A DNA stretch of 64,000 nucleotides from Nemertoderma westbladi (GCA_032718475.1 JAUCBJ010007021.1:1-64000); one strand, 5' to 3'. Counted from the stretch's first letter, positions 38,882-51,318 are shown. The notes: generated by a model from the letters alone, not told the origin. Numbers and translations: made by a program.

Positions 38882-41800
38882 ATGTCTGACACTCAGCAAA
38901 ACCTGTCAGACAGTCTGATCGATACAACTATCTGTGATTCAGATAGGAGTGTGGAGCGAATAAGAAAGGAGTTCGGCTCACCTCCTACTGTAAAAAAGGT
39001 CATCCCTCCAGTAGTATCAGACCCTAGGCTAGTCCACCATAGGTCCATCATAGGCACTCGGGCACAAGTAAAACGGGACCAAGAGGCAGTTGTCCTATCG
39101 CAGCAACATCTTGGTCAAGAACCTACTTCCCAGCGACCCGATAGCTCCAGCAGTTCGGATACTGTAGAGTTGACTCCCGAACATGGAGTGCAGATGGCTG
39201 ATACAGTCTACTCGGACCCCCTTCTTACTCTTCCTGCTGCAGTGCTAACTACTATATTCATTGCGGTGGAGGAACATCAAGCCGACTGGGCGAAGAATAA
39301 GCGAGCGACCCAAGATAATTACGCGGGATACGCCAGGGAAGAATTGATATCTATTGTTGAATCACAATGGAACTTTCCCGGACTCGGACTTCCGTTGGAT
39401 CTGTCCGAGGCTACTTGGGAAGATATACACAGGATGGGAGTGGCTAAAGATACAATGGATCCAGCTGTTTGGAAGAGGTCGGCAGCAGGATATGTGCAGG
39501 GATTCTTCGGATCCTTGGATCGATTGGAAGAACAACTGTTTCGACAACCTCACGGACCTCAAGAGCAGGAAGAACTGCTATATCAAATACGCGAAAGAAC
39601 CCTACGCATACGACTAATCCTCTCAGCCTTTGAGGAAACTTCCAAAAGAAGACAGGACACGTCGCTGCAGGTTGCTGTCAAAACTTGGCTACATCGGGTA
39701 GATCTCAAAGTACAGGAAACGGCCCAGTGGAAATCCCAGCTGGCTGAGAGATCAACCTATGAAGAACCAACTGATGTCACCCTTTCTCAAGCGAAAAGCG
39801 AAGAGGCCGCCGAGGAACCGCGAACTAGAGACGCTATCGACATTTATTTGTCCGACTATCAGCGATTCCTAGGAGACGAAGAGTTGAGGAGACGGCTGTC
39901 TGGACTTTCCCCTAATAGTGAAGGAACCAAGCTTGTGTTGGACTCAATCGATGCCGAAATGTTAGCTGCAAACCAAGCTGAATGTGATGAAAAACTCCGC
40001 CTCACTAGAGTCCGAGAAGAACAAATAAAGAAAAGAAGGATAGAGGAACAAAAGGCGGCGGCTATGGCAGATGCAGAAGCAGAAAGAAAAGCAGCAAAGG
40101 CGGCGGCTATAGCAGATGCAGAAGCAGAAAGAAAAGCAGCAAAGGCGGTGGCTATGGCAGATGCAGAAGCAGAAAGAAAGGCAGCAAAGGCAGTGGCAGA
40201 AGCAGAAAGGAGAGCATCTGAGCAGACTACCCAACTGGAGTTGGAAAATCTGCAAGAGACACAAGACAGTATAAATAAACAGTTTACTGCTAATCAAATG
40301 CAGATGATGAGAAAATCTAATCCCAAGCGCCAGGGATACACATCCTCGGAGGAAGGCGATACTACCGATCCTGAAGGCGGAGGAAATAGATCTCATCTAA
40401 GTAGGCGTAGAAAAACATATTACCGTCGCAAATTGCCTGATTTGCCCCCAGCTGTTAAAAGACAGCTAACTAGCACAGACTTAGGTAGTGCAGAACCCAT
40501 AGAACAATTTATCCAGGTCAAAAGACTCCCTACTATAGTCGATGAACCTGAAATAATTAGGCCTGTTGTTCCCAAAGTCACTTCTGTGCTAGAGACCCCT
40601 ACACTTCCAGAGCTTAACTCTAAATTCCCTTTACATAGTACTACACTGCCTGTACCCGGTGGAACAGTCCATGCAAATACCCCTGTCCAGATAGCAGAGA
40701 GAGAAATCAATAATTTGTCTCCCGTCGTCCCGCGTCAGCCCGCTACTATGTTGGCGACTCCCGCTTCGGCGGTTGAGTGGGTGGAAGAGGGACGGCGGGG
40801 GATGAATCTCCTGCTAGGACAGATGCAGGAGACTGTCCACCAACTTAAGGGAACAGTGAGGGAAGGTAGAGCAGAGTTGCAAGAAGTGCAGCAAAGTATC
40901 GCGCTAGAACGCAACAAATTAGTCAATATACAAAAAGGCATACCAATACCCCCTGTAACATTGTGTCAACCCGTTAGGTCTGAAGTATTACATGCGCAAG
41001 GTGTGGAGCCTACACGCATCTATACTGCTAGTGAAGTTGAAACTCCTATAGCAAACCCTATTAAGGGTGATTATAGACCTGTTATTAATGATATTCCCTA
41101 TAGACCTGATAATGATCCGAGAAATTTGTATACCGATAATTCGATATTAAATAACACGATGGCCCAAGAAAGCTTTACGCGTCAGATGGCTAGAACAGAA
41201 GCCCGCCAAGCGGTCAAAGTGGGAGAGATCGTCAAATTCAATGGAGACGAAATGAAATGGTTACCTTTCAACGAATATTACAAAGATAGCATACAGAACT
41301 CTGTACTATCTAACGGAGAGAAACTTAGATTCCTCATCAAGTGTTTGGAAGGACCTCCCAAGTTAATGGCGTTAAAGTTTATTGGACATCCAGAAGGATT
41401 AAGACAAGTTTGGGATACATTAAATATCAGGTATGGTAATAAGGATAACATAGCTAAGTATTTGTATGCAAAATTAGTAGCCCCCCGACACTTCCTTAGT
41501 AGTGGGATTATAGAGTTTTCCGATGAAATTCAAGAGATCTGTAGACAACTGGACTGGTTAGGTAAGTCGCACGAATACCAGAGTTCCATGGTTATTGGAG
41601 CCGTAGTCTCTACTTTACCAAAGGGTGGAGTATGTACACGCTGGGACAAGAAAGTGTTGTACATGAATGAACAACAACGACGAAGTCCTACTATGGCTGA
41701 CCTCATGTCTTTCTTAGATGGTGAAGTCAAACTACAACTCATCAAGCAGTCCAGAGAGAAAACATCGGAAAATAAGGTAAGTGAGAAACCCGTTTCTAGG

Positions 41801-43498
41801 AGAAGGATAATACCAGTGTGTTATACTGACGACGGCGAAAGCCAAGCTTCTCAAGAAGAGGACAGCAGGAAAGACACAGCAAAATCTTACTATGACAACA
41901 AGACCTATAAAGACGTAAGTAAATACAAGTCTCGAACCAGTGACAGGAGAGAACAGGTAACAACAACTCCTCCTACGTCTCCTAAGAGAATTCACGGAAG
42001 AAAGCCCGAAGAAAGAACGAGAGTGCATAACGTTAACCAAGTTAAGGTGAGTAACATCAAACCAAAATGTGCGCTGTGCGACGGGCCCCACCGTTTGAGT
42101 GCGTGTGCTGAATTTCTAAAGAAATCCCCTGTAGACAGACGTACAGTCCTGTGGAATAAGCGGTTATGCTATAATTGCCTCAGATCAGGACACCAACGGC
42201 GAACCTGTTACTCCGACGTAAAGTGTGCAAAGTGTGGCACGAAACATCACATCTTGTTACACAGTGAGTTCGAACGAGACAACCCGAGTCAGGTAAGTGA
42301 GCCCGAACTACATGTCCAATTCAGTGATGTGAACGACACTGACCAAGGTTCTGAGTGGGAAGGATTCTATACAGACGAATTCTCCGATGCCAACGAATCC
42401 TGTTATCTAATAAATACCACAGTGTATCGAGCACTTACGTATGAAAAGGACACTGACGAGTTTACTCCAACTCCTTTTGACAAACAACCATCTTGGAAAG
42501 TTCCAACTTCCAACATAGGAATAAGAGAATTTCCTGTAGTGCAAGTGAGAGTTCATGGTCTCAACAAGAGTTACATAGTGAACGCCCTACTTGACTCCGG
42601 CAGCACAGGAACATTCATCGATCAAGAACTAGCCGAAGATATCTTTGCTGGACAACCCAAGTTCCGGACTAAATTGAATATGTCAGGAATTATGCAGGTT
42701 TGGAAATCTACCCTAACGGCAGATTACTATGTAGGTGTGTTGTCCACCCCCCAGGATAAGTTAGGAACACAAGGTATAAGGTCAGTAAAAATGGTGGCTA
42801 TAAAGAACTTTGCTACTACTCAAGCAGAACCTTATAATTGGGACGAGGATGAGAACATCCAACATCTTAAGATACCTCGATTCCAGACAGATTATCCTGG
42901 AGTGCAAATACTCATCGGCCAAAACGCGCATGAGGCGCTCGAGCCATTGGAGAAACGGCCTGCTCAACCGCAGCCACTGCAAACTTATGCGGTAAGAACT
43001 AGAGTAGGTTGGTACTTCACTGGCCCTTCCCGTAGAACTCTCAAAGAGAGATTACCTCAACAACAGGTATACCAAGTAAAGGAATGGGAAGTGGAGAGCA
43101 GTGATGTGGACGATCCAACTGAGGGAACACCATACTCCTCAGATAATGACGATATTAACTCCAATGTAGATCAATGGAGACATTGCCTTGGGACGATTAA
43201 TCCAGCCGACATCGCTTCCAGAGGAGCAACTCCTCAAGAACTGATAGATACTCCAGGCTGGTTAGGTGGATCCGACTCCTTAAGTAAAGAAGAAGAAGAA
43301 TGGCCTCCTCATCTTACCACGGCAGAAATTAGACAGGCCAAGGGAGCGGAGAAAGTAACACAACAACTCAATCGCCCAGCTAGTCGTTTATGTTTACTGG
43401 AAAGAGACCGAAAACTGTCCGAAAACTATGGAAGGCAAGATACTCTTCCTACGACTACTTCCCTAATCCGGCAAATATCTAGGGACTCCATAACGTGA
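38882..43498 (+). CDS. BEL/Pao Gag-protease polyprotein fused to a short Pol remnant (1538 aa)
   Basis: DUF1759-like KFNGDEMKW..LSNGEKLRFLIKCLEG. Three Zn knuckles (CALC..H..C, CYNC..GH..C, CAKC..HHILLH). Protease ALLDSGS, then WRHCLGTINPADIASRG (Pao post-RNase H motif). No YxDD RT and no integrase. Confidence 0.9.
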   Translation: MSDTQQNLSDSLIDTTICDSDRSVERIRKEFGSPPTVKKVIPPVVSDPRLVHHRSIIGTRAQVKRDQEAVVLSQQHLGQEPTSQRPDSSSSSDTVELTPEHGVQMADTVYSDPLLTLPAAVLTTIFIAVEEHQADWAKNKRATQDNYAGYAREELISIVESQWNFPGLGLPLDLSEATWEDIHRMGVAKDTMDPAVWKRSAAGYVQGFFGSLDRLEEQLFRQPHGPQEQEELLYQIRERTLRIRLILSAFEETSKRRQDTSLQVAVKTWLHRVDLKVQETAQWKSQLAERSTYEEPTDVTLSQAKSEEAAEEPRTRDAIDIYLSDYQRFLGDEELRRRLSGLSPNSEGTKLVLDSIDAEMLAANQAECDEKLRLTRVREEQIKKRRIEEQKAAAMADAEAERKAAKAAAIADAEAERKAAKAVAMADAEAERKAAKAVAEAERRASEQTTQLELENLQETQDSINKQFTANQMQMMRKSNPKRQGYTSSEEGDTTDPEGGGNRSHLSRRRKTYYRRKLPDLPPAVKRQLTSTDLGSAEPIEQFIQVKRLPTIVDEPEIIRPVVPKVTSVLETPTLPELNSKFPLHSTTLPVPGGTVHANTPVQIAEREINNLSPVVPRQPATMLATPASAVEWVEEGRRGMNLLLGQMQETVHQLKGTVREGRAELQEVQQSIALERNKLVNIQKGIPIPPVTLCQPVRSEVLHAQGVEPTRIYTASEVETPIANPIKGDYRPVINDIPYRPDNDPRNLYTDNSILNNTMAQESFTRQMARTEARQAVKVGEIVKFNGDEMKWLPFNEYYKDSIQNSVLSNGEKLRFLIKCLEGPPKLMALKFIGHPEGLRQVWDTLNIRYGNKDNIAKYLYAKLVAPRHFLSSGIIEFSDEIQEICRQLDWLGKSHEYQSSMVIGAVVSTLPKGGVCTRWDKKVLYMNEQQRRSPTMADLMSFLDGEVKLQLIKQSREKTSENKVSEKPVSRRRIIPVCYTDDGESQASQEEDSRKDTAKSYYDNKTYKDVSKYKSRTSDRREQVTTTPPTSPKRIHGRKPEERTRVHNVNQVKVSNIKPKCALCDGPHRLSACAEFLKKSPVDRRTVLWNKRLCYNCLRSGHQRRTCYSDVKCAKCGTKHHILLHSEFERDNPSQVSEPELHVQFSDVNDTDQGSEWEGFYTDEFSDANESCYLINTTVYRALTYEKDTDEFTPTPFDKQPSWKVPTSNIGIREFPVVQVRVHGLNKSYIVNALLDSGSTGTFIDQELAEDIFAGQPKFRTKLNMSGIMQVWKSTLTADYYVGVLSTPQDKLGTQGIRSVKMVAIKNFATTQAEPYNWDEDENIQHLKIPRFQTDYPGVQILIGQNAHEALEPLEKRPAQPQPLQTYAVRTRVGWYFTGPSRRTLKERLPQQQVYQVKEWEVESSDVDDPTEGTPYSSDNDDINSNVDQWRHCLGTINPADIASRGATPQELIDTPGWLGGSDSLSKEEEEWPPHLTTAEIRQAKGAEKVTQQLNRPASRLCLLERDRKLSENYGRQDTLPTTTSLIRQISRDSIT

Positions 43499-45118
43499 TA
43501 GCATGTGGAGTGGGCGTGTGACTATATCATTTTATATTTGTTTTTATTTTATATTTATGTATGTATTATTATGTAATTTTATTATAATCGTTTTCTTTAA
43601 TTTTATTTAGTAGAATGTTATTTTAGAATATTTAGTAGATTAGTGCAATATATTAGTGTTTATTACGTATTTAATTACTTATAATATATTTAGTGCGACG
43701 GCAAGAAATAATTATTTTTCTCTTTCCTTACTGTCCGTATTATATTATAAATGCGAGACTATAGTAAGATGACATGTCAGTACTTCTTAAAGTACAATAA
43801 AGCCACTACTATATTTAAAGTATTATTGGTAGGCAGAGTATTAGGAATGCAAAGTTCAGATCCTCGTGTCTCGGCTAAACCAAGCTCTGGGTAGACCTTG
43901 GAAACGACTTGCCTCTTCACACTGACATTGCTTCGTGCGATATTGCTCTTCTACCTTATAACAAATAATACATATAGTAGCGTGATGTCCCTCTAACAGT
44001 AGCGTAAATCGCAAATAAATCTGTTAAACTTTTGACCATCTGTAATTCTAGTCGATTAAGATATCGTGGCACCCACCGATATACTTGAAAGACAAATTCT
44101 AGAATCAGTGGTTAACGTCCCCAGACAAGTTCTGGAATAAGTCGGTGCCCATCCTAAATATTAATTTAATATTTATTAAAATCTGTAAAATTCAGATCCG
44201 TTAACAATTCTAGTCGATTAAGATATCGTAGCACTTACCGATACTCTTAAAAGACAAATTTCATAGAATTAAGGATCCTATGTCCCCAGACCTGCTCTGG
44301 AATCAAATTGTGTCAATTTTAACATCAAATAATAAAATTCACGGGAATAAATTTAAATTCATATTCGAATGAATTTCATAAATTGTAATTTTGTGCAATT
44401 TACAACATTCCCAAAATTCCAGTAATTAATAGATCATGGGAGCGGAGATTCATATTGAGTGTACTAGAGTGCGAGAATCTCCAATATATAGTCAATAGCC
44501 GATAAAATTTATAAAATCAGGCATAAAGAGAAGATTGACAATTAAAGAATTACTATTAAATAACATCCCAGATCTGTATACATGAGAATTGCCCTAATTC
44601 TACCGCTAGTTTTCCATAATGTCACCATGGCAACACCCACGCTAGAATTAGAAGCAAGTTAAAGGAACAATAAAAGGCTTACCCCATTGCGTAGCATAAG
44701 AGTATACATAACGCACTATTAGTATCCAAGGATACATAGTAATAACGTGACATTCTGGAAGACACTGACTAACGGACAAATGGCATGCATGTGTGCAGTA
44801 AGTAATGATTGTATGGAATTTGTGCGTTTATAGGTGAATGTTACTACTAAAGTGTGTTTACAGTAGCTAATCGCAATTGTAAAGTAGCCCTAACTCTACC
44901 GAGATAACCTCAAGTGGATTCAAGCCTTTGGGACGGACAGTGGTGGGACTTGTGTCGATTGTCGTTGTCGTGCTGTTGCTACATGTTGGCGCAAACACCG
45001 CGACAACGGTACATCGGCGCTGAGAAACCCACTGTCCGGGGTCAAAGACTAGTAGGCAGCGACGCCCGCTTGCCTAAATATTGACTCATACTAATATTAA
45101 TAAACTCAGATAGCAGAT

Positions 45119-46567
45119 ATGACGGAATTAATAGAAGATGACCTTGGTATTAGAGAGCGATATACTCTACCTTTACAAGCGTTTGTGGATAGCTTGATAC
45201 GCGGTGAAGCCGATCCGACTATTACGGAGGACGATGGTCGTTATATCGAACCGCCGATGTCCCAAGAGCAACTTACGCGTGAATTGGACTATCGAAAATT
45301 AACCGCTCGCTATACGCATCGTAATGGTACGTATATGGACTTCTTAACTACCGGCCATCCTATCGATTTACATGATACTGATGATGTGGACGCCGAAGGG
45401 GAAATGGTTCTATTTAAATATCATACCCAGCGGCGTCGTAACGATAAACCGAGAATAGATCACGAAAATTCTATTCGTAACAGACTGGGAAGACGAACCA
45501 ATATGTCTAGAATCTGAGGAGATTCAGCCTATCGCGCTCGGAACAGCGACAACGATTACATCCTAGAATGGTATCAAGGTCCACAGTGTCTCACTGCGTA
45601 CGATTATCGCCATGCCAACTATGTTTCTCGACAACGTTATCGGTTATGCGCATCGAGAGACCATGTTACGCCCATGGACACAAACGTCCGCTGTTCCTAT
45701 TTCCACGAACAACCGGCGATGGAAATTTATTGCGCGTATTGCAGATTTAATAATTTGCACATTTTTGCGGTTTGCCCTCAATTTATGACTCAATGCCATC
45801 ATTGTCAATTAAAAGGACACGCCAGCTTTGATTGTCCCTTTAATCATGATTTAGAGAGCGTAGATGAAATGATTGTACTACGTTATATCAGAGCTTGGGA
45901 AGCGAACGCTGATTTACATTGTGATTCACGCCATCGCTATTATCCTGGACGCGCTTACGAAGGAGTTTATGCGTTCCATCCTTATTTGTTTGCCTCCGTC
46001 GAGCAGAAATCGCGCCTATCAAGTTATGAACTATTGAAGCGCGTTGGAGAATGTATTTCAACCAAATATGTACGCAAATTTCTCAGGAGCATTAATCCGA
46101 GTGACATCAATTCGTACAACTTAATAAACTTTATCCGTCAAGATCCAGCCTATGGAGACTTATTTGTCAACTCACACCCCGAGTTACAGGAAGTATATCG
46201 ACGGCCTTACGAGTACAGAGCCCGCGAACGCGAGTTGGAAAGAACCATTAAACCAAGGAAGTTTCTAACTGCCTATGGTCCACCCACGGCCCTCGTTCAG
46301 ACCACTCGTAAAGGACCCGTAAGAGCGGCTGTCTTGAAACGAGCTCTCAAAGCCGTTAGACCCCTCTCCCCGGACGTTGATGTCAATCAACCCGGTACTT
46401 CGACCGGCGGATATACCGATCGCAATCCCATACCTTCTGATGCAATCATATTGCACCCTTCACCCAGGAGTTATAGCCCTCCTCGTAAAGTGGCTCGCCC
46501 CAAAGAGAAAAGGACTCTTGCTAGCTTTAAAAAACTGCGTGAACGCCGTCCGCGCAAGAAAGACTAA
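45119..46567 (+). CDS. Accessory 3' ORF of the LTR element with two CCHC knuckles, interrupted by one in-frame TGA (45515-45517)
   Basis: ORFs 45119-45517 and 45674-46567 share one frame (555 nt apart), and I found no other stop in 45518-45673. Motifs CAYCRFNNLHIFAVC and CHHCQLKGHASFDC; basic C-terminus. Confidence 0.7.
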
Positions 46568-46645
46568 CTGTTTAGAGTATTTTTATATTTTAGAAACTGT
46601 GATTTTGTATATTTTATAGACTTAAATCCCATTTTCTGGGAGCGG

Positions 46646-47836
46646 TGTAAAAGCTTTTGTGGGATAACTGATACGTTTGCCTTTGCTGGCCAGTTCCCCC
46701 CCAGTCGCTAGAATACTCTCAAAGGGATTTATAACTAAAATAGTGCAAGCTACCAGCTTATTGGCTGATGTGCTATACGGAGATATCTGGGCTCAGTTTA
46801 ATCGGCCAACTAGCTTAGAGAGGTTGCCTTAGCCTTGCTGCCCGTGTCGGCCAATAGAATTTGCGTGGGCGTTGATTTCGACCTATCCCAGCGCTACTGA
46901 ACTGAATTTCCTATCACTATGCTCATCCTCTGTGTTGAACGGGGCTTCGTGGAATAAGGGTTTTTGGTATACTCGTATAGTGGTAGTAGTCATATGATTT
47001 TATATGATTCTGTTGTTATGTTCCCATTTTTCGCCATAACACCGGCTTTTTGGGAAGAACTCTAGTAAAACTGCTTAAATTATCGAAAGTATAAACTGTT
47101 ACCTAACCTACCGATCAATCTAATCAATCAACCTACCTATTAATCATATTGTTTGTACTGTTATTTACCGTCAGTTATTAATTGTATCTATTTGTTGATG
47201 GAAATATTGCTCTTTGGAGAATACTGATAAATCACCCAAATTTCCCAATTTTCTTGATACACTACAGGTTAGAGAGACAGGCTATATATAACAATTGCGA
47301 TTTATATTAATGTGGTGTATTGAATCTAATGTTATTTAGCAGACCCTACATGAGTCAATTACTGCTCTCTTTATGTGTGATCAAATATACTGACGGTCGG
47401 CAGAATAGTGTGCATGATTGTGATTGGTAACAAAGTATTTCCTAAAGAATACGCTTTATACTTTAATCATAAGCAGTATCGTTGCGTTTAGTATAAGTCC
47501 TAGTTCTGTTTAAATAGATAGAGCGCCACGTCCTAAAGGAACTGTTAATATTTCCCGAAAGCCAATAATATCTGTCAGGAATTAATTATTAACGATCTAT
47601 CGAATAATACAGTAAGTTTACACTGCAACCTTACACTGCGATAATAAAATTTAAGCATCCGAATTCAGCCTCCCGGGTGTAGATCCATCGGGTGAATGAT
47701 CGCGCATGGGCTGACTTCGGCTAATGTTTTGTGTATTAGCATAAAATATCGTCGTATGCTAAAGGTGTTTTAATTAACTAAAAAACATATAAATTTTGGC
47801 AGGTTAAACTGCTAAAGGTCTTCAAAAGCGCGAACA
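46646..47836 (+). repeat. 3' LTR
   Basis: Matches the 5' LTR at offset 11700. Confidence 0.95.
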
Positions 47837-50800
47837 ACTTAGCATATTTCACTATAACGTACCATATTTCACTATATATTACCATATTTCACTATAACTT
47901 ACCATATTTCACTATAACGTACCATATTTCACTATAACGTACCATATTTCACTATAACTTACCATATTTCACTATAACTTACCATATTTCACTATAACTT
48001 ACCATATTTCACTATAACTTACCATATTTCACTATAACGTACCATATTTCACTATATATTACCATATTTCACTATAACTTACCATATTTCACTATAACGT
48101 ACCATATTTCACTGTAACGTACCATATTTCACTATAACTTACCATATTTCACTATAACTTACCATATTTCACTATAACTTACCATATTTCACTATAACTT
48201 ACCATATTTCACTATAACGTACCATATTTCACTATATATTACCATATTTCACTATAACTTACCATATCTCACTAAAACTTACCATATTTCACTATAACGT
48301 ACCATATTTCACTATAACTTACTATATGTCACTATAACTTACTTTATTTTACTATAACTTACCATATTTCACTATAACTTAGCATATTTCACTATAACGT
48401 ACCATATTTCACTATATATTACCATATTTCACTATAACTTACCATATTTCACTATAACGTACCATATTTCACTATAACGTACCATATTTCACTATAACTT
48501 ACCATATTTCACTATAACTTACCATATTTCACTATAACTTACCATATTTCACTATAACTTACCATATTTCACTATAACTTACCAAATTTCACTATAACGT
48601 ACCATATTTCACTATAACTTCCCATATTTCAATATAACTTACCATATTTCACTATATCTAACCATATTTCACATTTCTTACCATATCTCACTAAAACTTA
48701 CCATATTTCACTATAACGTACCATATTTCACTATATATTACCATATTCCACTATAACTTACCATATTTCACTATAACGTACCATATTTCACTATATATTA
48801 CCATATTTCACTATAACTTACCATATCTCACTAAAACTTACCATATTTCACTATAACGTACCATATTTCACTATATATTACCATATTTCACTATAACTTA
48901 CCATATTTCACTATAACGTACTATATTTCACTATAACTTACCATATTTCACTGTAACTTACCATGTTTCACTATAACGTACCATATTTCACTATAACTTA
49001 CTATATGTCACTATAACTTACTATATTTCACTATAACTTACCATATTTCACTATAACTTACTATAATTCACTATAACGTACCATATTTCACTATATATTA
49101 CCATATTTCACTATAACTTACCATATTTCACTATAACGTACCATATTTCACTATAACGTACCATATTTCACTATAACTTACCATATTTCACTATAACTTA
49201 GCATATTTCACTATAACGTACCATATTTCACTATATATTACCATATTTCACTATAACTTACCATATTTCACTATAACGTACCATATTTCACTATAACGTA
49301 CCATATTTCACTATAACTTACCATATTTCACTATAACTTACCATATTTCACTATAACTTACCATATTTCACTATAACTTACCATATTTCACTATAACTTA
49401 CCAAATTTCACTATAACGTACCATATTTCACTATAACTTCCCATATTTCAATATAACTTACCATATTTCACTATATCTAACCATATTTCACATTTCTTAC
49501 CATATCTCACTAAAACTTACCATATTTCACTATAACGTACCATATTTCACTATATATTACCATATTCCACTATAACTTACCATATTTCACTATAACGTAC
49601 CATATTTCACTATATATTACCATATTTCACTATAACTTACCATATCTCACTAAAACTTACCATATTTCACTATAACGTACCATATTTCACTATATATTAC
49701 CATATTTCACTATAACTTACCATATTTCACTATAACGTACTATATTTCACTATAACTTACCATATTTCACTGTAACTTACCATGTTTCACTATAACGTAC
49801 CATATTTCACTATAACTTACTATATGTCACTATAACTTACTATATTTCACTATAACTTACCATATTTCACTATAACTTACCATAATTCACTATAACGTAC
49901 CATATTTCACTATATATTACCATATTTCACTATAACTTACCATATTTCACTATAACGTACCATATTTCACTATAACGTACCATATTTCACTATAACTTAC
50001 CATATTTCACTATAACTTACCATATCTCACTAAAACTTACCATATTTCACTATAACGTACCATATTTCACTATATATTACCATATTTCACTATAACTTAC
50101 CATATCTCACTAAAACTTACCATATTTCACTATAACGTACCATATTTCACTATATTACCATATTTCACTATAACTTACCATATTTCACTATAACGTACCA
50201 TATTTCACAATAACGTACCATATTTCACTATAACTTACCATATTGCACTATAACTTACTATATTTCACTATAACTTACCATATTTCACTATAACTTACCA
50301 TATTTCACTATAACTTACCATATTTCACTATAACGTACCATATTTCACTATAACTTACCATATTTCACTATAACTTACTATATTTCACTATAACTTACCA
50401 TATTTCACTATAACTTACCATATTTCACTATAACTTACCATATTTCACTATAACTTACCATATTTCACTATAACTTACCATATTTCACTATAACTTACCA
50501 TATTTCACTATAACTTACTATATTTCACTATACCTTACCATATTTCACTATAACTTACCATATTTCACTATAACGTACCATATTTCACTATAACTTACTA
50601 TATGTCACTATAACTTACTATATTTCACTATAACTTACCATATTTCACTATAACTTACCATATTTCACTATAACGTACCATATTTCACTATATATTACCA
50701 TATTTCACTATAACTTACCATATTTCACTATAACGTACCATATTTCACTATAACGTACCATATTTCACTATAACTTACCATATTTCACTATAACTTACTA

Positions 50801-51198
50801 TATTTCACTATAACTTACCATATTTCACTATAACTTACCATATTTCACTATAACTTACCATATTTCACTATAACTTACCATATTTCACTATAACGTACCA
50901 TATTTCACTATAACTTACTATATGTCACTATAACTTACTATATTTCACTATAACTTACCATATTTCACTATAACTTAGCATATTTCATTATAACGTACCA
51001 TATTTCACTATATATTACCATATTTCACTATAACTTACCATATTTCACTATAACGTACCATATTTCACTATAACGTACCATATTTCACTATAACTTACCA
51101 TATTTCACTATAACTTACCATATTTCACTATAACTTACCATATTTCACTATAACTTACCATATTTTACTATAACTTACCATATTTAACTATAACTTAC
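47837..51198. repeat. 20-bp satellite (~170 units) made of the exon-end/5' splice site sequence
   Basis: Minus-strand unit AGTGAAATATG|GTAAGTTAT versus the real junction TGTGAAATTTG|GTAAGTTAT at 51199. Confidence 0.93.
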
Positions 51199-51318
51199 CA
51201 AATTTCACATTGTCCCGGAGCCTCTTCATCGCATTGCAATACATCACCTTCGTAGGGACATTCACATTCGCAATCTGAAGGAGGAATGTCGCAGTCCATA
51301 ACTCCATCCTTACAGATG
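51199..51318 (-). CDS. Mucin/vWF-like gene exon (Cys-rich, VWC-like)
   Basis: CAG acceptor and GTAAGT donor, phase 2-2. Reads CICKDGVMDCDIPPSDCECECPYEGDVLQCDEEAPGQCEI. Confidence 0.85.

Larger units (their letters stand above)
34946..47836 (+). mobile_element. BEL/Pao-family LTR retrotransposon, non-autonomous (no RT or integrase)
   Basis: Two 1191-bp TG..CA LTRs, 5-bp TSD ACTTA (34941-34945 and 47837-47841), a short purine-rich tract before the 3' LTR, and a Pao-type Gag/protease. Confidence 0.92.
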
